Shown here: piece by piece, positions 58,284 through 64,000 of the stretch
Numbering within the stretch: position 1 is the stretch's first letter
Layout of the letters: each line of letters starts with the position of its first letter
From: a virus
DNA: 64,000 nt
Reading direction: 5' to 3' (one strand)
Virus record (IMG/VR): IMGVR_UViG_3300048834_000169
Location: 17,796-81,795 of that record
Translations under genes and position numbers: made by a program
The notes under the pieces: generated by a model
What the model saw: only the letters and a program-made list of their open reading frames with translations
The model's database searches: none
Told to the model about the DNA's origin: nothing

Positions 58284-58889
58284 ATGCACGCATTTAAAAT
58301 AGAGGATATGCCTGAGTTGAGTACGAGCGAGGCCGATAGCTTAGAGCAAATGTTGAGAGACTTTTTAATAGAGGGTCTAGGCTTTAGCCGCGACAGAATA
58401 GACCGATTAGAGTGCAGATCCAGAGACGGGTTCATGCCTTATAGTCACAACAAGGGCGGATTAGAGGCTATATCTTATCTAGACAACAGACACGCAGAGT
58501 ACGCTCTGTCAGGTATCTTCGAAAACGCACACAAGACCCTAGATGAGTTTTATAAATACAACTTAGAGGCCTTTAAGGAGGCGCGTAAAATACCAGCAGA
58601 TGCTGAATTGACGGATGATCAGTTAGACGATTTTGATAATTATAGAGCAGAGGATTCAGAGTCTACGACATTAATAGGGGCCGATCTTATGTTGACAGGA
58701 CCTAATGAACTTAATATACGGCTAACGGTTAGCGTCAAGGATGCACCATATCACCGTAAATACGACGATTTAAAGAGTATAGACATTGAATTTAGCTCTA
58801 TATTCGAGTTAGTAACGCAGTTAGATAAGCTTTTAAAGACAGACAGCTTTGTTGCCAGCATAGCCGACGCTGCTGGAGAGGGTGTTTAA
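58284..58889 (+). CDS. Hypothetical acidic protein
   Basis: AAGGA SD; RSRDGFMPYS motif. Confidence 0.75.
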   Translation: MHAFKIEDMPELSTSEADSLEQMLRDFLIEGLGFSRDRIDRLECRSRDGFMPYSHNKGGLEAISYLDNRHAEYALSGIFENAHKTLDEFYKYNLEAFKEARKIPADAELTDDQLDDFDNYRAEDSESTTLIGADLMLTGPNELNIRLTVSVKDAPYHRKYDDLKSIDIEFSSIFELVTQLDKLLKTDSFVASIADAAGEGV

Positions 58890-58891
58890 AA

Positions 58892-59083
58892 ATGGACATA
58901 GAGTCATTTAGCACTATCCAGAGGATACTAGATAGACATAGTTTAGCTATACGGCATCTAGACTGGGGGTGGGCGCTGTACCTAAAGGACACTAAAACAG
59001 GCGCGGAGCTTAGGCATGTAACTAGCGCGCCTACATTAGAAGACTTATATAAAATAATTAAGGAGACTTATGGGACTAAATAG
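58892..59083 (+). CDS. Hypothetical protein
   Basis: Operon packing. Confidence 0.6.
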   Translation: MDIESFSTIQRILDRHSLAIRHLDWGWALYLKDTKTGAELRHVTSAPTLEDLYKIIKETYGTK

Positions 59084-59546
59084 AGTTTTTGTTTTAGCTG
59101 CACTGGCTGGATGCGGTACCGAATATCCACTATCAGTGAGCGCACCAGAGCCCGTAGGATGCCGGTCTATACCAGATTCACGAGGAGTGATCATAAGGTG
59201 CCCGGGCCATCCTGATAACTTAATTGAACATGGTGAAGATGGGGAGCAAGGGGCGCCGGGTTTAGGTGGTCCTCAAGGAGAAACTGGGCCACAGGGCGAG
59301 ACTGGGCCTCAAGGAGACCCGGGACAAAATACTAGCATGAGTGCAGTGGTCCCGTGTCTAGATACGGCGAATACAGCAACTCATCCAGAGGTTCTATTCT
59401 GTGTGAATGAGAAATTATATGCGGTCTTTTCGCCAGGTAACGCTAGTCTAATTAGATTGGTTATGCTGCTAGACAACACTAACTATGTTACTACCGATGG
59501 TAGAGGGTGTAACTTTAAAACAACGACTAGCTGTGAGCTAGAGTAA
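59070..59546 (+). CDS. Collagen-like lipoprotein
   Basis: LAGC lipobox; Gly-X-Y run GEDGEQGAPG...GPQGDPGQ; YVTTDGRGCNF tail. Confidence 0.85.
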   Translation: MGLNRVFVLAALAGCGTEYPLSVSAPEPVGCRSIPDSRGVIIRCPGHPDNLIEHGEDGEQGAPGLGGPQGETGPQGETGPQGDPGQNTSMSAVVPCLDTANTATHPEVLFCVNEKLYAVFSPGNASLIRLVMLLDNTNYVTTDGRGCNFKTTTSCELE

Positions 59547-59555
59547 GGGGCGGAC

Positions 59556-59780
59556 ATGTTAGATTATTTAGTGGGTATAGAATATGCAGGTAAGTTATAT
59601 AGTGTGCCGGTATCCCTGAAGAGCGACGATTATTTCGAAGACCCGAGACTTATGGCGGCCCTAGCCGCGGAGGACGTACTAACTGACTACCTATCTGCTA
59701 AACTTAGGCGACCTTATAACTTAGTACGCCTATCCCTAAGGGTTATAGAAATTAAATCAGAGAGCGCGCATATATGTTAA
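59556..59780 (+). CDS. Hypothetical protein
   Basis: AGGGG SD; stop overlaps the start of ankyrin C. Confidence 0.65.
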   Translation: MLDYLVGIEYAGKLYSVPVSLKSDDYFEDPRLMAALAAEDVLTDYLSAKLRRPYNLVRLSLRVIEIKSESAHIC

Positions 59781-60352
59781 CAGTAGAATTACTAGATGAT
59801 CTAAACCGCGACTTGGTTACCTTTAGCCGCCTCGGGCACCTAGCCGTAGTGCAGTACCTCATCGAAAAGGGCGCTGACGTTAGGGCCCGTGACGACTTGG
59901 CGCTACGCTACGCGGCGGAGAAGGGCCACCTAGACGTAGTGCAGTACCTCGTCGAAAAGGGAGCCGACGTACGGGCCCGTAACGACGAGGCGCTACGCTA
60001 CGCGGCGGAGAAGGGCCACCTAGACGTAGTGCAGTACCTCGTCGAAAAGGGAGCCGACGTACGGGCCCGTAACGACGCGGCGCTACGCTGGGCGGCGAAT
60101 AACGGGCACCTAGACGTAGTGCAGTACCTCGTCGAAAAGGGAGCCGACGTACGGGCCCGTAACGACGAGGCGCTAAGCTGGGCGGCGAATAACGGGCACC
60201 TAGCCGTAGTGCAGTACCTCATCGAAAAGGGCGCCGACGTTAGGGCCTGGGACGACGAGGCGCTACGCTGGGCGGCGGGTAACGGTCACCTCGCCGTAGT
60301 ACAATATTTAGAGAATGTTATTAAGGAGTCTAAAAATGCAAGTGCTAACTAA
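59774..60352 (+). CDS. Ankyrin-repeat protein C (5 variable repeats)
   Basis: Same 90-nt repeat family. Confidence 0.95.
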   Translation: MLTVELLDDLNRDLVTFSRLGHLAVVQYLIEKGADVRARDDLALRYAAEKGHLDVVQYLVEKGADVRARNDEALRYAAEKGHLDVVQYLVEKGADVRARNDAALRWAANNGHLDVVQYLVEKGADVRARNDEALSWAANNGHLAVVQYLIEKGADVRAWDDEALRWAAGNGHLAVVQYLENVIKESKNASAN

Positions 60353-60560
60353 ATCTATGATTATAGACATATTAACTCAACTAGGAGGACGCACGCTATA
60401 TGTAGAACTAGTCTCTAAACTAGAACGACGACTAGGTACGCATAAAATTAGACAAAAAATAGTGGACTTTTTACAAAATCTAGCAGATACTGGCGTAGTG
60501 TCTATCAAGACAGATCCGGTAACTTGGGTTAAGTCTATAAATTTAAATAAGGAGGCATGA
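60336..60560 (+). CDS. Hypothetical, possibly winged-helix
   Basis: AAGGAG SD inside the ankyrin C cap; ATG 60336. Confidence 0.6.
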   Translation: MQVLTKSMIIDILTQLGGRTLYVELVSKLERRLGTHKIRQKIVDFLQNLADTGVVSIKTDPVTWVKSINLNKEA

Positions 60561-60820
60561 TGCGTTCCGGTGTAATGACTTCTAGCTTTTTATATAACGG
60601 TAGAGAGTTCGAAGTAGACTTTAGATTCTATGGAGGTAAACCTGATCTTGTATACAACGGTAATTACTTGCCCGGCGATCCCCCCGAACTAGAAATATTA
60701 GGCGGTAAAGTAGAGCTTAGATCATACTCTGGCCTTTCTACACGTAAAGTGCTTCTCTCAGAAGAGCAGATTCTGTGGTATATCCCGCAGCATGTGCTAA
60801 ATAAAAACATTCTTATTTAA
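60557..60820 (+). CDS. Hypothetical protein
   Basis: AGGAGG SD, ATGA overlap. Confidence 0.7.
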   Translation: MMRSGVMTSSFLYNGREFEVDFRFYGGKPDLVYNGNYLPGDPPELEILGGKVELRSYSGLSTRKVLLSEEQILWYIPQHVLNKNILI

Positions 60821-60833
60821 AGGAGAATATAAA

Positions 60834-61529
60834 ATGCAACAGTTAACTAAATACTTGACCTATAATAACCCTAGCGCCGAAGTTCAGAATTGGATTAGGA
60901 CTGTGCTGGCCGCCACTATCAAAAAGGGCACCGAGAATCAGGTCGAAATAGAGCACATTCTGGACTTTTTAGCGTCAGACAAAGCGCCTACTAGACTTAA
61001 GAAAATGAGCTACGCGCAGGCTAAAGCTGCAACGGACAAGTGGAATAAGACCCTCATAAAAAAGGGCGAGCATATCCAAGAATCTGAGGCCGACATTAAA
61101 GTACTTAAGAGATTTAGCGACGGATTTAAATTAGTAGAGTTAGTCGGCGAAAATGCCTTTAAAAGAGAAGGCTATCTTATGCGACACTGTGCGGGGAGTT
61201 ACGCTAACAGGACTAATACTAAGGTCCTTTCTTTACGAGACCCCCTTAACATGCCTCATGCCACTTTTGAACTTCAACAAGATCAAATGAATCAAATTAA
61301 AGGCAAAGGGAATGGTTCTATCCACCCTGATTATATCAAAAAGGTATTAGCCGTGTTGAAAATGTTTAAAGTAGATGTTAGATCCTCTGAAATGGAGAAT
61401 CTGGGCTACATTGAAGTGAGCGATACAGTAGGTACTATGCTTAAAAAAGAGTTCACGGGCGCTAAATTTTTAAAGATAAAGGATAGCGAATATTTTTATG
61501 TTAACAGTAGAGTGTCAAAACGATCTTAA
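60834..61529 (+). CDS. PcfJ-like domain protein
   Basis: REGYLMRHCAGSY...LSLRD...HATFEL...QIKGKGN. Confidence 0.8.
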   Translation: MQQLTKYLTYNNPSAEVQNWIRTVLAATIKKGTENQVEIEHILDFLASDKAPTRLKKMSYAQAKAATDKWNKTLIKKGEHIQESEADIKVLKRFSDGFKLVELVGENAFKREGYLMRHCAGSYANRTNTKVLSLRDPLNMPHATFELQQDQMNQIKGKGNGSIHPDYIKKVLAVLKMFKVDVRSSEMENLGYIEVSDTVGTMLKKEFTGAKFLKIKDSEYFYVNSRVSKRS

Positions 61530-61878
61530 CAACGACTTAATCACGTTTAGTCGCTACGGTCACCTAGCCGTAGTGCAGTACCTAATCGAAAAGAGCGCTG
61601 ACGTTAGGGCCTGGGACGACTATGCGCTATGCGAGGCGGCGGAGAATGGGCACCTAGACGTAGTGCAGTACCTAATCGAAAAGGGCGCTAACGTTAGGGC
61701 CCGTGACGACGCGGCGCTACGCTACGCGGCGGAGAAGGGCCACCTAGACGTAGTGCAGTACCTCGTCGAAAAGGGAGCCGACGTACGGGCCCGTAACGAC
61801 GCGGCGCTACGCTGGGCGGCGGAGAACGGTCACCTAGCCGTAGTACAATATTTAAAGAATGTTATTAAGAAAGGTTAG
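61498..61878 (+). CDS. Ankyrin-repeat protein D (3 variable repeats)
   Basis: Same repeat family; overlaps the upstream gene by 32 nt. Confidence 0.95.
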   Translation: MLTVECQNDLNNDLITFSRYGHLAVVQYLIEKSADVRAWDDYALCEAAENGHLDVVQYLIEKGANVRARDDAALRYAAEKGHLDVVQYLVEKGADVRARNDAALRWAAENGHLAVVQYLKNVIKKG

Positions 61879-61883
61879 AATAT

Positions 61884-62126
61884 ATGAAAAATCGTAATAT
61901 ATACATAACTGCGCTAGAGTATGTTACTCCCACGCAGTACCAGTTAGTGTCAAAGCCTGGTACATGGAAGGATAGCACACAGGCTTACGAATCAATAGAG
62001 CAGTGCCTGGCTAAGTCTAAGCACAATAACGTGCTCCTGTCTAAAAAAGACATTCACGTAGTTAGGATAACTGGATTTACGGTAGATGAGCGACCTATAA
62101 TTAAGCTAGAGACTATTAAGGTATGA
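61884..62126 (+). CDS. Hypothetical protein
   Basis: AAAGGT SD inside the ankyrin D cap. Confidence 0.65.
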   Translation: MKNRNIYITALEYVTPTQYQLVSKPGTWKDSTQAYESIEQCLAKSKHNNVLLSKKDIHVVRITGFTVDERPIIKLETIKV

Positions 62127-62263
62127 TTAAGTACGTAGTTCCAAGAGAGTGCCCAGGGATCAGATTAAAGATTAATAAAAGGCTAACCCTTGTAAACGCT
62201 AAGAATATTAGTAAGTATAAAGGAGCGCTTAAGAAAAGGCGTATTATAGTGGAGTTTATTTAA
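62123..62263 (+). CDS. Small basic protein (46 aa)
   Basis: ATGA overlap upstream; its TAA abuts the ATG of ankyrin E. Confidence 0.5.
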   Translation: MIKYVVPRECPGIRLKINKRLTLVNAKNISKYKGALKKRRIIVEFI

Positions 62264-62641
62264 ATGCAAAATACTCAAAACGATCTTAACAACGACTTAA
62301 TCACGTTTAGCCGCCTCGGGCACCTAGCCATAGTGCAGTACCTAATCGAAAAGGGCGCTAACGTTAGGGCCTGGGGCGACTATGCGCTATGCGAGGCGGC
62401 GGAGAGTGGGCACCTAGCCGTAGTGCAGTACCTAATCGAAAAGGGCGCTGACGTTAGGGCCCGTGACGACGAGGCGCTACGCTGGGCGGCGATTAACGGG
62501 CACCTAGCCGTAGTGCAGTACCTAATCGAAAAGGGCGCTAACGTTAGGGCCCAGGACGACGCGGCGCTACGCGAGGCGGCGCGCTACGGTCACCTAGCCG
62601 TAGTACAATATTTAAAGAATGTTATTAAGAAAGGTCAATGA
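62264..62641 (+). CDS. Ankyrin-repeat protein E (3 variable repeats)
   Basis: Same repeat family. Confidence 0.95.
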   Translation: MQNTQNDLNNDLITFSRLGHLAIVQYLIEKGANVRAWGDYALCEAAESGHLAVVQYLIEKGADVRARDDEALRWAAINGHLAVVQYLIEKGANVRAQDDAALREAARYGHLAVVQYLKNVIKKGQ

Positions 62642-62642
62642 T

Positions 62643-62810
62643 ATGCTACAAGTACTGGTTATAGGGGCCGTAATCATGCTTATTATGCTTGCGGTATTTT
62701 CGGATTTAGAGTTCCTCATAAAAGCCATGTCGATCATTCTTCTCCCGGCGGTACTCATAATGGCTGGGGTAGTAACTGTCATAGAATATTTAGGAGAAAC
62801 TAGGAAATGA
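62643..62810 (+). CDS. Small two-TM membrane protein
   Basis: ATG 62643 after AAAGGT in the ankyrin E cap. Confidence 0.65.
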   Translation: MLQVLVIGAVIMLIMLAVFSDLEFLIKAMSIILLPAVLIMAGVVTVIEYLGETRK

Positions 62811-63034
62811 GATTGCTAGAGATCGTACAACAATATTTGGATACTAATGAATTCTCTACTTACGTAGACGAGCAATTTTGGTCGGGGAAATTAGTGAACG
62901 CGGATAAGGTAATAAACTACGTACTAATGATTAATCCGAGTATGAGGGACCATAGGCCGTCCGATGAGGAGTGGTTGAAGATATATGACGAGATTGAGAC
63001 GGCTTGGCGAGTGGCCGAAAAGGGGCTATCATGA
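62807..63034 (+). CDS. Hypothetical protein
   Basis: ATGA overlap. Confidence 0.65.
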   Translation: MRLLEIVQQYLDTNEFSTYVDEQFWSGKLVNADKVINYVLMINPSMRDHRPSDEEWLKIYDEIETAWRVAEKGLS

Positions 63035-63255
63035 GCGCTGATTATACTGAATATTTTTTAAGGACATTTTTACATTCACAGGGTAGAGTAGTCGATACTT
63101 CTGCTGGCGAGGGCCGCATTGAGACCGCACTTAAGTCCTCTCAGGTTATCGACAAGCTTAAAAACACATCCTATATAGTAGGGATGCAAGCCGGTAAGAT
63201 TAGCATAAATTATAATAAGTTTATGATAACTATTATTACAGGAGCGGAAAGCTAA
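63031..63255 (+). CDS. Hypothetical protein
   Basis: AGGGG SD, ATGA overlap. Confidence 0.6.
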   Translation: MSADYTEYFLRTFLHSQGRVVDTSAGEGRIETALKSSQVIDKLKNTSYIVGMQAGKISINYNKFMITIITGAES

Positions 63256-64000
63256 TGGCGACAATCATAGGTTATAAAACCGTCCTTAACAACGACTTAA
63301 TCACGTTTAGTCGCTACGGTCACCTAGCCGTAGTGCAGTACCTAATCGAAAAGGGCGCTAACGTTAGGGCCTATAACGACTATGCGCTACGCAGGGCGGC
63401 GTATAACGGTCACCTAGACGTAGTGCAGCTCCTTATCGAAAAGGGCGCTGACGTTAGGGCCCAAGACGACGAGGCGCTACGCGAGGCGGCGTATAACGGG
63501 CACCTAGCCGTAGTGCAGTACCTAATCGAAAAGAGCGCTGACGTTAGGGCCTGGGACGACTATGCGCTATGCGAGGCGGCGCGCTACGGTCACCTAGCCG
63601 TAGTGCAGTTCCTCGTCGAAAAGGGCGCTGACGTTAGGGCCCGTGGCGACGAGGCTCTACGCTGGGCGGCGAGTAAAGGGCACCTAGCCGTAGTGCAGTA
63701 CCTAATCGAAAAGGGCGCTGACGTTAGGGCTGATAACGACTATGCGCTACGCGGAGCGGCGCGCTACGGGCACCTAGCCGTAGTGCAGTACCTAATCGAA
63801 AAGGGCGCTAACGTTAGGGCCCAGGACGACGAGGCGCTATGCGAGGCGGCGCGCTACGGTCACCTAGCCGTAGTGCAGTTCCTCGTCGAAAAGGGCGCTG
63901 ACGTTAGGGCCCGTGGCGACGAGGCTCTACGCTGGGCGGCGAGTAAAGGGCACCTAGCCGTAGTGCAGTACCTAATCGAAAAGGGCGCTGACGTTAGGGC
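63255..64000 (+). CDS. Ankyrin-repeat protein F, partial (at least 7 variable repeats; not in ORF track)
   Basis: TAATG-coupled start, MATIIGYKTVLNNDLITFSRYGHL..., open to the window end. Confidence 0.95.
   Translation, partial: MATIIGYKTVLNNDLITFSRYGHLAVVQYLIEKGANVRAYNDYALRRAAYNGHLDVVQLLIEKGADVRAQDDEALREAAYNGHLAVVQYLIEKSADVRAWDDYALCEAARYGHLAVVQFLVEKGADVRARGDEALRWAASKGHLAVVQYLIEKGADVRADNDYALRGAARYGHLAVVQYLIEKGANVRAQDDEALCEAARYGHLAVVQFLVEKGADVRARGDEALRWAASKGHLAVVQYLIEKGADVR
63564..64000 (+). repeat. Exact 167-nt internal duplication at a 270-nt offset in ankyrin F
   Basis: 63564-63730 is identical to 63834-64000. Confidence 0.9.

Noticed and set aside
59774-64000. Diversity-generating retroelement as the source of ankyrin variation
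   Set aside because: No reverse transcriptase in the window and no non-coding template copy; variants such as CGT/TGG/TAT/CAG/GAT are not restricted to adenine positions of any visible copy. An RT outside the window cannot be excluded.
63300-64000. CRISPR-like repeat-spacer array (54-nt constant plus 36-nt variable)
   Set aside because: The variable parts share a fixed codon framework, stay in frame without stops and encode ankyrin helices; there is no cas operon
1-64000. Prophage with att sites or host flanks
   Set aside because: No integrase, repressor or bacterial housekeeping genes are visible in this window

Overview
A 64-kb segment of a tailed dsDNA phage genome with a podovirus-type virion module. 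There is no bacterial housekeeping content, and I saw no tRNA, rRNA or CRISPR array. Layout: (i) 1-9.9 kb, recombination and nucleotide genes (PD-(D/E)XK nuclease, RecA-like, RuvC-like, dNMP kinase, metallophosphoesterase) plus a subtilase; (ii) 9.95-48.5 kb, a minus-strand late block (TerL, portal, an inserted fibre/decoration block, scaffold, major capsid, M15 endolysin, fibres, adaptor, nozzle, ejection proteins); (iii) 48.9-55.8 kb, mixed accessory genes; (iv) a G-run-rich non-coding strand switch at about 56 kb, followed by short plus-strand early-type genes. Two things stand out. First, six dispersed ankyrin genes are built from one near-invariant 90-nt repeat in which variation is concentrated in about 7 codons on the predicted binding face, and identical tracts are shared between loci, like a natural DARPin library. 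Second, the major capsid gene is split by three group I introns, leaving 23-nt and 13-nt micro-exons; I reconstructed the splice sites from P1/P10 pairing, giving a 409-aa protein. Also seen: a recurring candidate late-promoter motif (AACAAAT-N5/6-TAK), structured late leaders, several apparently leaderless sigma70 promoters, and a sigma54-consensus promoter. All product calls come from motif recognition by eye; no database searches were run.
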